A stretch of 64,000 bases of DNA from Ascidiella aspersa (lineage: Eukaryota). Both the position numbers and the translations under genes were made by a program. Below are positions 27,001-37,464 of this stretch, in pieces. Numbering within the stretch: the stretch's first letter is position 1; every line of letters begins with the position of its first letter. The notes under the pieces are model-generated. The model saw nothing but the letters and a program-made list of their open reading frames with translations, had not been told where the DNA came from and made no database searches. Where the stretch lies: NCBI GenBank assembly GCA_963924565.1, contig OZ004612.1, positions 23,250,001 to 23,314,000 on the forward strand. Reading direction: 5' to 3'.

Positions 27001-30000
27001 AGCACCCGACGGTCATCGGATAGCCGATCGCCCCCCGATGGTAATCCGGTGGAGCCACAATCAACAAGCCTTGTTGCGAGCTGCAACACGCGTGCTGTTT
27101 GCCCAGTATTGCGTTCCCTAGACTTGGAGCGTGCCAAAGAAACCGAAAAGCAACTTGACTAATATATATATATGTCGGGCGGACCTTCGACAGTCGTAAT
27201 CTCCCAGCGTTTTTTCTCCCTTTTCGAAACCCAAGTCCGTCTCGTTTGTTTGTAGGTTATACGCTTTTCTGGCTGTGCTCGTTCCCTTGAGACTCGCTTA
27301 TTAAAACTAGGACGAAACGGGCGACATGTGGTGCTCAGATGCGCTTAACCTGTGTACAATTGCCAGCTCTTGAGGCAAAGGATATTACGATATATTAGAA
27401 TGCCAGTTTTTTACGATACCTTACGATCTGGTACGATACGTAACGATACCAGTCTAGTTTATATACAATACAGGTGCCACACATGTTGCGTGGTACATAT
27501 GTTACTCTGCCTGGTTAACAAACGATACTCGCATCTCGTGAATAGATTACGGTATAGTACATTACGATCCGTTACGATTTAAAAGAGCCCCACACAAGCT
27601 AACGATATCAGTGTTACGCCGCGCACAAATCACAAATATGCTGACCAACACTTTAGGTACCATCTCGTCAGAGTGATACACATAACGGTCGTTAAGAGCT
27701 ATTCACAACCAGGCGCCCACATAGAATAGTAGGAGAAGCGCAAAACGGGCTCCGTCTCCACAGTACATCGGCGTCCAATGCACGCCCGTTGCTTGATTAC
27801 GATAGAGCTGCTGCTATTAAATTAACATTCCACATGGGGCTGTTGTCACCGCCTTTCGGCGACTTCAGGCAACGTTGCCTATTTAGTATTATTCAAAATA
27901 CTTCCTTATTTTTGTATCACTTCTAACCTGTTGTTAATTAATTACCCGAAAAGACTAATTTGACAATCCCAGGAGGTAATTGGCGGTTCAGCAAAAAATA
28001 TCCAGTCGTTTAGAAGCATTCAATTTTAATGCACCTAAAGGCAAAGTATATGATCTTTGTAGTTTTGCTTTATGAAAGAAAAAGGGAACGTTGATTAAGT
28101 CCTACTGGGAGGTAACAAATATGAAAAGGTTAATAAACGCTAATTTAGAGTGACGTTGGTGCATCGATGTCCGTTCGTTCACCAAGAGCCTTCGAACTTA
28201 ACCGCGGTCTGGCGGCGTTCCAAGTCAAGACGCAAATCGAAATCCAATAATGCGTCGCTCTGAGGCCTTACCGCCTTTCCCTGACGAGCTGCGTGTGGCA
28301 TTTTACGATGGCTCATAACGCTTTGCGCAAAAGGGCGGCGAAATAGATTAAGGCCTTCGGCTTTTTGCGTTTGTCCATAGATTTTGGCAAAATATCGCCG
28401 GTTGAAACATCGGCGCAAAGGGCATTGGGCGCATTTACTGGGAAAAGCGCAAACGCGGTGGAATAAAGTGTGTGTGAAGGCGGCGGCGCGGTGACCGTTT
28501 TAAGGATAATCCGACGCTTTTCAATCCACTTTATGTTCAGGGTCGCCTTTCCTCTTCACTTATAACACGAACCAACGCATAGTTCGACAAGACAATAACT
28601 TATGCAACACTTAGATGTGACACGGTCAGTGAAACACTCGGTCGCTAACACAACTCAAGGAATTTGGTTAATCAGATAAGTTTGGCAACAACCTCTCTGG
28701 ATGACAGAATTCAATCATTGTAAAAAGCCGAAAGGCATTTAGTTTATTTTTTCGAACAAAATGGAAGACGTTTTTTTTTTTATCATTTTCCTTTTTAATT
28801 TGTTGTTTTGACATAATTATATATCGCTTGAAAAGCTCAAACTTTTTTCGCGACTGTCCTGAAATAATGGCGGACCCATAACTTTTAAAGCGAGGAATAT
28901 AGAAAAATGTCGTACAATCAATTAAAATCAGTAATCATTCAAACTGCTACTGTATATAAACTCTTCAATTATATACGCAAACTACGTTGCGCGGACTCCT
29001 GATAATTTCCACGCGGGCTCCCGTTTGAGAGCGATTAGCTAATAGCTTTCATTCTATGCTTTGTTTTTTATTAAATTGAAAAAAAGTTGAAACAAATGTT
29101 TCGTGTGTACACTGCGTAGTTCCACCCTTTGCTCATTGATCAAACAACGCCTTCGCAAAGTGTCGAATGACATGTCAGTCAAAAGTAACGAATAGACAGC
29201 CAGATGCGCACGTGTCGAGACGAAAAAAATCCCCTTTGTTTCCCTGGCGCGGGGGCGGTGGGTGCGACCCATAGGGGCGGAAATCCTGGCTCGAACCTTC
29301 TGTCATCAGCTGCCGGCCACCGAGGATTAGTTCAGAGCGGCCTTTCGTCGCTTCTTTACACCTGTTGATGGCGACGCGGGTTTCCTTGCGAACTTTAGGC
29401 TCACATTGGAAACCTGGGCGAACTTGGCGCAAGAGATTGTTTTTGGGCAATAACTCCGAATGTTGTTACGATACAGAGTTGAAATTTTTGCACAATTCTT
29501 ATATTGATTACACCTTTCCAGCTGACACACTTTAGCCAAATACTATACTTAGCCATATTAACACCTAATTGTTGAGCTTTTTAAGCAATTCATAATTGCT
29601 TAAGTTCGACATATGGCTTTTCGAGTTCAAATGCCCAAGATAGCATCTAACATTCACGTTAGAAAACTGGAAGGCTATGGAGGAAAAAATGCAACTCCAT
29701 GGATAATCTATACGCACCATGTTGCTTAATTTACGCCAGACCTCCGGGTAGTATTTTTTCGTAACCAAAATGTTACCTTTCTACCATATTGTTAGGTTTT
29801 AAGCTTTCATGTGCGCGTTTGAATCTAACGTTGTAAGCATCACGCCGCAGAGCAACGATTTATCAACTGGTTTTATAGCAAGTAGCAAACCACACATCAA
29901 TTAAAAAATTGTCTAAAAAACGCCTTATATGGTTATCAGAAGTGTCCAGACATATGTAAAATCTCTTCATGTGTAATACTTTTTATTTTGTTTTGCTTTA

Positions 30001-33000
30001 ATAACAAAAAAGGGTAAAAAAATCAAAAAAACGACAGGCCTTAATATAGTCTACAGTACAACAGGCAATATAATTGTTGTGTCACCAGGGAAATAACAGC
30101 TCCGCAAACGCTCAAGTTCGCTTTATCAACGTCGTACAAATTACAGTTTTCGTTTCCAGAGTTTCTGAGAATTTCAAGTTTTACGCCCCAGTGAAGAATC
30201 GGCGATCTCGCATTGAGCGTAACGGGATCGGGCTCTACTACAATTTATATCCCGCTGTGCAAAACCACAAAGCCAGAAAGGCGAATTGACGTCAAGTAAG
30301 TATTTTGGGATATCCTCCCTAAGTTGGGATATGCAATACAAATGGCATAGATTTCGCGTCTTTCAAACACAACAAAACACATTCGAATTTTCACGTTTTA
30401 ACGCTGTTCTCAAATTTTACTACCAGCGCATATAAGAACTCTGAGATTTGGCTTGTGGCAATCGATTGATTTAGGTGTTTTATGCGTTAATAAACACTTT
30501 ACACTGTACAGTATCATTTGAGTCTTTCAGAGCTGAATTATTTAGCAAACATACATTTTTAACTCTCACTTTTTCACGGTAAATCGCTTTGTCTCATTTT
30601 TTGACACAAAAACCCTAAACGAATAATGACGTCTAAGAAACACCCGAGCAAAATTACTTGACATTGTTTTCAACTTTCCTAGTTATTTATTTCATTCCTT
30701 TTTAACATAGTATAGTGATAGCACTGAAACTAGATCTAGTCAGTAAGAATGCCTCTAACACCAGGTTAGAAAAACAAACAACATTTATGATGAACCTTCA
30801 CACAACGTGACATACCAATTGCTTATAGATTTTTTTAACTAATTACAACCAAGAACTTAATCTAGTGGTTCCCAACCGGGGTGCCATTTGTAACGCTCAA
30901 GGGTGCCGAGATATATTTCAAATTCTTTAGGATTCCAGTTTTTGTTTTGGTAAGCTTTTCGACACACTTTTTTGTGTACGATAAAAGTGTCAAAAATTAA
31001 AAAGGTTTTATCAACCTTGTTGGACAGTAAATTATGTTCAGTTTTAATTTCGATTTTTGTAACGTATATTTAATCACTCAGCAAAAATACGAGCAAGGGT
31101 GCCGCAAAATATTTATAATTTCTGTAGGGTGCCGCAAGCCAAACCGGTTGAGAACCACTGAGTTGGTTGATAGAGGACTTACAGTGTACTTGTCACATGG
31201 TGCAGGCCACTTGGCACGTGGACCAGGTTCCGCGACGAGCAGTCCACGTCCATCAACTGATTACGTCGCGCATCCTTCTCACAAGAACATTCTAAACAAA
31301 ATGCAAAACGTCTCATTAGCAAAACTACAAATGGTCAGCCAAAATAAAGGGATCTATCGTTAACGTTGTATACAAATGGCGTTGCCTTACACAGGGGTCG
31401 ACAAACCTGTGGCATTACGTTTACGTTTTTTGGTCAGATGGGGGGTTACAGTGTCGATTTCGTTAATTTTATTCATTAATACTTGCACGTTCTGACTTAG
31501 ATTCTAATACCGTTTGAGTATAAAGTCGATATAGCTTGATAATAAATTGCAAAGCCAAAAAGGTCGAGTAGACCGACACCATCTTGATTAAGACGTTTTC
31601 CACACATTCACAGTAGATCAGGGTTTCCCAAACTTTATTGGACCACGGACTGCTATTTGTGAATCTGTTTTTTCGCGGACCGCAATATGAATCAAAAACG
31701 AATGAACCCGAATTTTATTTATTTACAAAACTGACAATATTAATGGGATGGAAACTTTTGTGTAGGCACCAACTTTTGCGTAGGCAAACGCTTGGAATGA
31801 TCTCAACAAAACCGCAAATTCTGAATGGCGATAAGTATATCATTACGTCATAGACGAGGGATGCGTAAACAACATTTTGACTAAAACGAAGGCGCAACAA
31901 GTGAGAATTACGATACTGGATAGCAGAAGCTTTCAAAATCATTAAGTTGTGCATAACTGTAGCAATCATCTTTAAAGGGTATGTACTGTACAACAGATCT
32001 GTGTGACTTTTAAATTTCTTGCCATACCGCCACGGACCACCTGTGCAGTCGTCGCGGACCACCAATGGTCCGCGGACCACAGTTTGGACCTTTTTTGCTT
32101 TGCAATTCATTATTGAGCTACATTACAGATTCGTGTATAGTGTACCAAAAGTCAATATATATATATATATATATATATACATACATAGTTACAAGTTTTT
32201 ACATCGTGAAAGTTTTTAACTAATCTTCTATTAGGAATAACAATTAGACGAATGGTGGGTAACTTTTGAAATGACTCTAGCTGAGCAAGCGCACATGTTT
32301 AGGTAAAAAACATGGCGGTTTCTTCGCATGTATTCGGCGTATTGACTGTTTGCGGTTAATACAGGAAGTTTGTATAACAAGTGTTCCTCTCGATGGCCGA
32401 ATGGTTGACCACTCCTTGCCTTTGTGGTAAAAGGCCGTAAATTGTTGCATACATTACTGAACTTGTTGGTGATGGTTGTTTTGCCTCCGAAGCCAATCAT
32501 ATTTATAATGAAAGCCTAAAAGTTCTTATTCGGTCATGACCCCCTTACTGTGTACCAAAGCAAACCGCATTGTTTTTAATGTTGCGATAACCTTAACAAA
32601 TGTGCCGCAATGGTCCCGTCGAAACAACTTTCCAGGCCCGATAAGACGCGATACAAGCAATTCCCTTTTCGGCGGCCCGTGAAACTTCCACGTCGGCATT
32701 TAAAGTACCGCTATGACATTCAGAAACAGAAATATCGCCGTGTGTATTTGCGTGTACGCGCGGGGAAGAGTTAGACAAACCGTTTTCGGTTGCTATATCG
32801 CGGATATAAATCATCAAATTGACAAAAGGGGAAATTTCCTGAATGATAGGTCGGTAAAGCGCAGAAATTTCGATTGGGGTAAAGCCCAATCCGGCGAAAT
32901 TATGGTCGGCAACAACAGATTTTTTTTTGTATCATATCCAAATTTATTTTAAGTAGTATCGGTATTTATCCGATATTTGCGTGCTATCGGTATCGACATG

Positions 33001-33568
33001 ATATCAAACTCGCATTTTAGCCATGCTTGATATTTTTAGGAAATAATTTATTAATATCTAAAGGTAATATGTTACAAACGAATCTTCCTTATTTCATATT
33101 GATGCAGTTATCCATTTAACTTCTTTAGGTATGGCTCGGTTGGCCGAACTTTTAAGACATCGGATATCGCCCATTGCAATATACACGAGAAAGAACAACG
33201 AAAGGTGTTCATTTGAGTTTTAGGTTCGACTGTCGTCAAACGGTTTTAGAACACTCCTGCACTCCCGTCGTGTATCCACAAAAAAGTGTGTAAGAAAGCA
33301 ATAGGCGTCTCGACAAACTGCGCTTTCCTGATAAGCATCGCGGCGCATTGTACGAGCGCACGACCTTTCGGATATCCATTGTGGCTGTTTACAAACAAAC
33401 AAATTAGCGCGCGCGACGTCTATGGACCCTACCTTGGGGGCAGCGACTGGCCGCGATCTGGTCCCGCTGGCCGTCGGTCGCCGGGTCCGCGGCGTCCAGG
33501 GCCAAGACGGTCCGATTCGCACAAACCAAGAAAATCAGCGCGAGACCTTTGACGATAGACAGATGCAT
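1..33568 (-). CDS. Lgr4/5/6: Type-B leucine-rich repeat GPCR (LGR4/5/6-like), 5' part; continues beyond the left edge
   Basis: complement(join(<1..50,227..298,400..468,3092..3163,3844..3915,4405..4548,6990..7061,13033..13104,18018..18089,31183..31291,33433..33568)). All introns are GT-AG and phases are consistent. Translation: MHLSIVKGLALIFLVCANRTVLA...CPQECSC...VDCSSRNLVHVPSGL, then LRRs LDLSINNI, LDLANNFM, LTLHTNRL, LNLGANYM, LKLDDNRI, IDLAVNSI, LILRENHI, LSLEYNFISEFPT, LKLHDNLI, LMLSNNPL. Order and residues track vertebrate LGR4/5 ectodomains as recalled (LDAN/LDDN/LALN/xYNxxxEFP/xNPL). The 7TM part is outside the window, so family assignment rests on the ectodomain. Confidence 0.85.
227..298 (-). 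CDS. LGR exon 10 (72-bp LRR)
   Basis: ttacag / KLHDNLIQYIPQNAFSKMSKLKTL / gtaagt. Confidence 0.92.
400..468 (-). CDS. LGR exon 9 (69-bp LRR)
   Basis: gtacag / SLEYNFISEFPTSLIHLEELVEL / gtaagt. Confidence 0.92.
1998..2113 (-). mobile_element. tRNA-derived SINE copy with inverted 5' segment
   Basis: 2005-2066 is the reverse complement of the SINE tail at ~54680-54740. 2070-2090 is the B-box part (GGTCGTGAGTTTGAACCTCA) in forward orientation. Flanked by atggctatcaat / atggctttcgat. Confidence 0.6.
3092..3163 (-). CDS. LGR exon 8 (72-bp LRR)
   Basis: ttttag / ILRENHISSVGELGFAGLSNLNIL / gtaagt. Confidence 0.92.
3844..3915 (-). CDS. LGR exon 7 (72-bp LRR)
   Basis: ttgcag / DLAVNSIEDIPDGAFQRLRNLRVL / gtaagt. 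Confidence 0.93.
4405..4548 (-). CDS. LGR exon 6 (144 bp, two LRRs)
   Basis: tggcag / NLGANYMNNLEYGTFYGLKNLISLKLDDNRIRQVPTKALMDTSNLET / gtgagt. Confidence 0.93.
4699..5154 (+). mobile_element. AAGTC-rich non-autonomous hAT-like element, copy 1
   Basis: TIR CAGTGTTGCAA...TTACAACAATG, 8-bp TSD tgaggctc/taaggctc, many AAGTC/GACTT motifs; aligns along its length to 6501-6964. Confidence 0.85.
5585..5656. repeat. 38-bp tandem duplication
   Basis: atagtttgtaactgctatgttgaaaacgattaaa at 5585 and 5623; overlaps the 5' end of the ~120-bp retroposon. Confidence 0.9.
5639..5755 (+). mobile_element. ~120-bp dispersed retroposon-like repeat, copy 1
   Basis: atgttgaaaacgattaaag...ttcgaaacgttcaaaatg...tgtatgggctttgatattctta...aaccattatgctccaaagtt; similar to 10331-10446, 20543-20654 and 55902-56025. 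Confidence 0.8.
6501..6964 (+). mobile_element. AAGTC-rich non-autonomous hAT-like element, copy 2
   Basis: Perfect TIR CAGTGTTGTAA...TTACAACACTG; flanks gtgactctac / gtgactgc (degenerate TSD); ends 25 bp from the LGR exon 5 donor. Confidence 0.85.
6990..7061 (-). CDS. LGR exon 5 (72-bp LRR)
   Basis: ccacag / TLHTNRLENIEPQLFVEATNLRSL / gtaagt. Confidence 0.92.
10331..10446 (-). mobile_element. ~120-bp dispersed retroposon-like repeat, copy 2
   Basis: Reverse complement aligns to 5639-5755 and 55902-56025. Confidence 0.75.
13033..13104 (-). CDS. LGR exon 4 (72-bp LRR)
   Basis: ctccag / DLANNFMTTLHPTSFQGLVELQSL / gtaagt. Confidence 0.93.
15840..15963 (+). mobile_element. Short Penelope-like (pseudo-LTR-type) insert carrying a hammerhead motif
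   Basis: Flanked by the exact 11-bp direct repeat attaaatggct (15829-15839, 15964-15974); contains CTGAAGAAG...CGAAACGTCGG followed by AATAAA at 15899. Confidence 0.7.
15852..15895 (+). ncRNA. Minimal type I hammerhead ribozyme motif
   Basis: Stem I TGCC/GGCA; core CTGAAGA (15856-15862) plus an extra A; stem II GACAACCT/AGGTTATC (one mismatch, GGAT loop); GAAA (15884-15887); palindromic ACGT stem III; GTC cleavage triplet at 15889-15891. Confidence 0.75.
17500..17716. mobile_element. hAT MITE
   Basis: TIR CAGTGGTTTCTCAAAC / GTTTGACAACCACTG; perfect 8-bp TSD ctctagag. Confidence 0.9.
18018..18089 (-). CDS. LGR exon 3 (72-bp LRR)
   Basis: tttcag / DLSINNISVIPPKAFNHLHFLEDL / gtaagt. Confidence 0.93.
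20524..20673 (-). mobile_element. ~120-bp retroposon-like repeat, copy 3, internally inverted
   Basis: 3' half on the minus strand (~20535-20573), 5' half on the plus strand (~20581-20656); flanking 19-bp direct repeats cgtgataaattaactttgg / cgtgataaaataaccttgg. Confidence 0.7.
22104..22313. mobile_element. Degenerate hAT MITE
   Basis: Ends CAGTGTTTTTTAAC / GTTAAGAATCACTG are imperfect inverted repeats; no TSD recognisable. Confidence 0.5.
24885..25240. repeat. Old tandem duplication, period ~198 bp
   Basis: cgtttccaaacttgt...aaatcgg...ttcacatcgcaga...cagctaaa recurs at 24893 and 25091 with many substitutions. Confidence 0.8.
26326..26546 (-). mobile_element. Internally deleted Tc1/mariner element
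   Basis: 27-bp TIR CAG(A/G)GTGGGCCAAAAGTAGGCTTACAG, TA target duplication; the minus strand retains transposase motifs EWPPRSPDLTP and FWGVVKDKVYEQNP. Confidence 0.92.
30863..31160. mobile_element. hAT MITE
   Basis: TIR (T)AGTGGTTCCCAACCGG / CCGGTTGAGAACCACTG, subterminal GGGTGCC motifs; TSD eroded. Confidence 0.75.
31183..31291 (-). CDS. LGR exon 2 (LRRNT)
   Basis: tttgtttag acceptor, CSCEKDARRNQLMDVDCSSRNLVHVPSGLHHVTSTL, gtaagt donor; 109 bp. Confidence 0.92.
31619..32088. mobile_element. hAT MITE with truncated right terminus
   Basis: Left end CAGGGTTTCCCAAACT, repeated CGGACC subterminal motifs at both ends, right end stops at AGTTTGG. Confidence 0.65.
32155..32179. repeat. (AT)n microsatellite
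   Basis: About 12 AT units. Confidence 0.9.
33433..33568 (-). CDS. LGR exon 1 (signal peptide, start of LRRNT)
   Basis: ATG at 33568; MHLSIVKGLALIFLVCANRTVLALDAADPATDGQRDQIAASRCPQ+G then gtaggg; phase 1 joins exon 2 to give CPQECSC. Confidence 0.85.
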
Positions 33569-36500
33569 ATTATCCGATCCACGTGAAGTACAAGTGTGCC
33601 TGTCCTATACTCGCGCGTGCTTGTGTTCTTGTATGTGGGGGTTGGGTTGGCGACGTCTTAGGTTCGCGTTACGGATGGCATCGTATACACAGCTATACCA
33701 GGATGTTTAACGGGGTATTGTTTACAGTTTTGTTTTGCGTATCGCGGTCTGATATCTGCTGACGAAAAACAGAGTTATTTGCGATTAAACTTTTCACGAG
33801 TAAATTCGGCAAAGTAAAGCAACAGAACATGCCACGACAATGCGTTAAACGTTATTGTCGCTAATACATGCATAACTGCGGTAATCACAAAGGGTTATAC
33901 GGGTTTGTCACAAATGAAGGAACATTTTTCCCGTAATTAATACAGTTTTGCTTTTACTTTTTTCCCGACGCCAATTTGCCTAACATGATTTTGGCTTTGA
34001 ATAAAAAAAAATGTTTGGGTTAAACTTGAGCAACTGCGGCTAATGGCATGACCCATCTTAACGTGAGCATCAACAGTTGTCGTCCCCCCTTGCCGTAACC
34101 GTCATGCTTTGGAATTTCCGATTCGAACGGCAAGGGAAGACGGCGGATACAATTTCAACGGGTCCTTGTTGGTTTTTACAGTTTTAGGCTCTCGTAAACT
34201 CAAGATAATTAAATGTTTACATACATTTGCGGAAGAACAGAATATGAATTCTCTAAATACTTTGACTTAGTTCTGCAATTGACCTTGGCCGACTATCAGT
34301 TTAGAGCAGACAACGCATTTAAATCATCACGCTTTCCCAACATATTTCTGGTCTAGAAATGACTCGATAATTTCCAAACCTTAAAGTGAAAAGCTAAAAC
34401 TTTGCTTAGATAATAATCAACCAACGCTTTTATGCATATTGTTTTCTTCATTGCAATTCTACTTTAATGGCGAAAGACCTAAGCTTTACAACCCCCTAAC
34501 ACTGAAACTGAAGTAAAAACGGATGTCTCGTTTCTGTCCCGTGACGACCTTGGCTACCCTTGTTAAGTTCAGAAACGACGCGGTGCGACATTTCGACCTC
34601 CAACGTGGACAGAGACTGGCAATGATAGCGTTCCCTGGCAAAGCAACACTCCACAAGAAAATGTATACAGTTCGACACATACCAAACACGGCGCGCCACA
34701 GAAAGCAAGATAACACAGCCTGTTTGGAAGTTTAGCTTACATGTTTTCACCAGACTGTCGGGTATCTATCAAACACATTTTAGCTGCTATCAGCTGACGT
34801 ACAAATCTTGGCCTGCCCGTCTGTTGGTTCCAAACGCCTTGACCTTTGGTGTGACACTTCCCGACCTAAACGCGAACCTTGAAAGATCCCATAGGACGCA
34901 GCTTTTAACTTAAGTACTACTATATAGTTCTAGTCTGGTGTGCAAGTACACGGCGCCGATTTGAATCCTTCTCCGCAAAGCTGAACGCAAATAAATCGGT
35001 CTAAACTGATTAAAGAGCAAGCACTAAACACCCAAAAGCAAACTACAGGCTCACAAAACTAAACAAGGTCGCGGCGACGCCATTTTTATTTGCGAGAAAG
35101 CCTCTCTCATATAGTATCCTCCGCGCGGAAGCCTACGCCGCTCTGAAATTAAACCATGAGCGGCGACGTCGCTGCGCAAAACCCAAGGGGCCGATATCGC
35201 GAACGCGCTCTCAACTTTTTTCCCTTTTCAGTCGCGCTGCTGACGTCACGTGCGTCCGGCTTTCTGGGATTGTCGCGGCGTTTTTGTCGCCTTTTGCGTG
35301 TCGCGCGAACACCGCTTCCGCTGCGCGCGACAAACGACACGGCGGTTAAGTAACGAGTGTAAAGATTTGCAAACAACAATGCCTTTGTTAAACTTGAAGT
35401 TTGATCTATTTTGATGAGTTCAAAGTTGCCACAGACGTGGGCTGAATTCCTCTTGGGACGGTCGCTAAAATCCGACCGCGGAAGACTATTTGCAAGACAC
35501 GGGAAGTGGACAATTGATAACACCCGGATTTTTATTATACATTTCCCCTCAATAAGCGCCTTTCAAACTGAATTGGCAACATTGCCTTAAAGTGCTTCAC
35601 ACAGCGGATGCTCTGAAGGCAAGATTGCGCTTATTTAGACGGCACAAAACAAACACGCGTGATGCGCCAACTCTAGCGTTGTATAGTTATTACGCATCAG
35701 AGCTTATTAGATGTCCAAAAGAGTTTTTTGGCATTTTATGGACACGGCATTGAGGCAGATTCTGTAAATAAAACATGCAGCAACCGCTGGGACCTGTTCT
35801 TGTTTTTCTGCAACTTTGATAACCCTCTGTTTAACTGTCAACGCAGCAGTCACAGCTATCGCAGCGCTGTCGTGGCGCGGTGATAAAGGTGTGTGTAACG
35901 ATTGAGAGCCGCTACACGCGCACACTGGTTGTTGGAAGGGGGACAGGGGTCTTCGAAACTGTTTGTTTGCCCTCCAGCTCGAGGCATTTGCCCTCCACGG
36001 AAGGCCGACGTGTGGATAAGGCGCTTAGCAATCGTTGCTTATCGAGTAGGCGACGTGCGCCGAGCTGACAAGTGTTTACCCTCGCCCGCCTCGACAAATG
36101 TTGTTCGAATAAATCGACAACGACCACGATTGCGTTCGCCGCTCCTAACGTTGGCGGGCCGACGGCGAACCCCCGTCGCACCTGTGGCATTCTTGCGGGC
36201 TGCGCTGACAAAATCGACATGCCCTGTACACATCACCGACTGATGCCCTGCCGCAGAACGCGAACTCGTTATTGATTTATGTGTGTACGCGCTGTTTTTT
36301 TGTTGTTGACCGAGCGGATCAATTGTCCCACTGACTTGCGCCACGCCGCAACTTGGTTGGCGTATTTTTTCGAACTGTTACTGCGTATAAAATAGCGAAC
36401 CTACAGTAGGCCTACGTCGGCGTTTGTAACACTGGCTTTTGAGTAATCAAATTGTCACGCAATGCTTTCCACAATCTTTAGAGAAGGTTTGCAAGGTATA

Positions 36501-37195
36501 AAAAAGCGGGATACACAAATATTATATTTTAAAGGATGTAAAGCATTAACATCTAGGGGTGTCTTCTGGACAAGGTTGTAGTCAGCCCGAATTCGACTAA
36601 CGCCATGTGGTGATTTAAATAAAGTAACAGACACGTTTCAGAACATTAAAAACCTCTTGCGACCAACCATTAATTGACACGACGAAAACTTTCAAGTTTG
36701 TAAAACCGGAACGGCCCTGCCTGTTGAACTATTTCGTAAAGGTATACATAAGACCGTTTCGGAGAATTAGCTTTCATTTAGTTGGCGTAAATGCTTTTAA
36801 TTATGGCTAACTAAACGCATATCATTTTTGCCCGGATATATTTAAACACTTTCTAATAATCATCCTATATTGGTAATATCGAGGTTTGTTTATTGGTGAG
36901 TATAACGACCAGACGTGTAAGTGATACGAAAGGCCCTGGGGTAGCCGACCTGAAGGACATCCAATCAGCACAAATAACGTTTCACATATTACGAAAGAAA
37001 TATGTCTGGCCGCAAGTAGGCTTGATTAGTTTAGTTTAAACTGCGAATCCATTCAAAACGTTTCTTGACGAGGAGTATATAATAAATAGAAAGTGTCAAA
37101 GCCAGTACCATTCAATAAACTTTAACTATAAACACCGGTTTGAAACACTGCATTCCGTATATCTTACCACAGACTTCACAACAATCATTAGTGTT

Positions 37196-37464
37196 TCTTA
37201 CTTCATAAAATACACCTAACTATTTTAGGTTCCAAAGCTTTTTTGAAACCCACATACGCATATATTAATTTACACTATCTTACTTCATAAAATAAACCTT
37301 ACAGTTCAAGGTTCCGAAACTTTTTTGAAACCTATGTACGCTCATGTTAATTTGCGCTTCCTTAATACATAAAACATACGCTATTGACTTCTTAAAATAC
37401 ACCTTACTGTTCAAGGTTCCGAAGCTTATTTGAAACCTATTTACGCTTATGTTAATTTGCGCTC
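37196..37464. repeat. Degenerate minisatellite, ~83-bp unit, ~3 copies
   Basis: acttcataaaatacacct...aggttcc..agc..tttgaaacc...tacgc..atgttaattt recurs at ~37200, 37282 and 37387. Confidence 0.85.

Noticed and set aside
34486-34716. Hydrophobic ORF ending ...ASLCPR as candidate LGR first exon
   Set aside because: No good donor giving CPxxCxC; exon 33433-33568 fits exactly.
1193-36344. Many 60-160-aa ORFs in GC-rich intronic patches as nested genes
   Set aside because: No recognisable domains, often non-ATG starts and overlap on both strands; explained by local GC richness.
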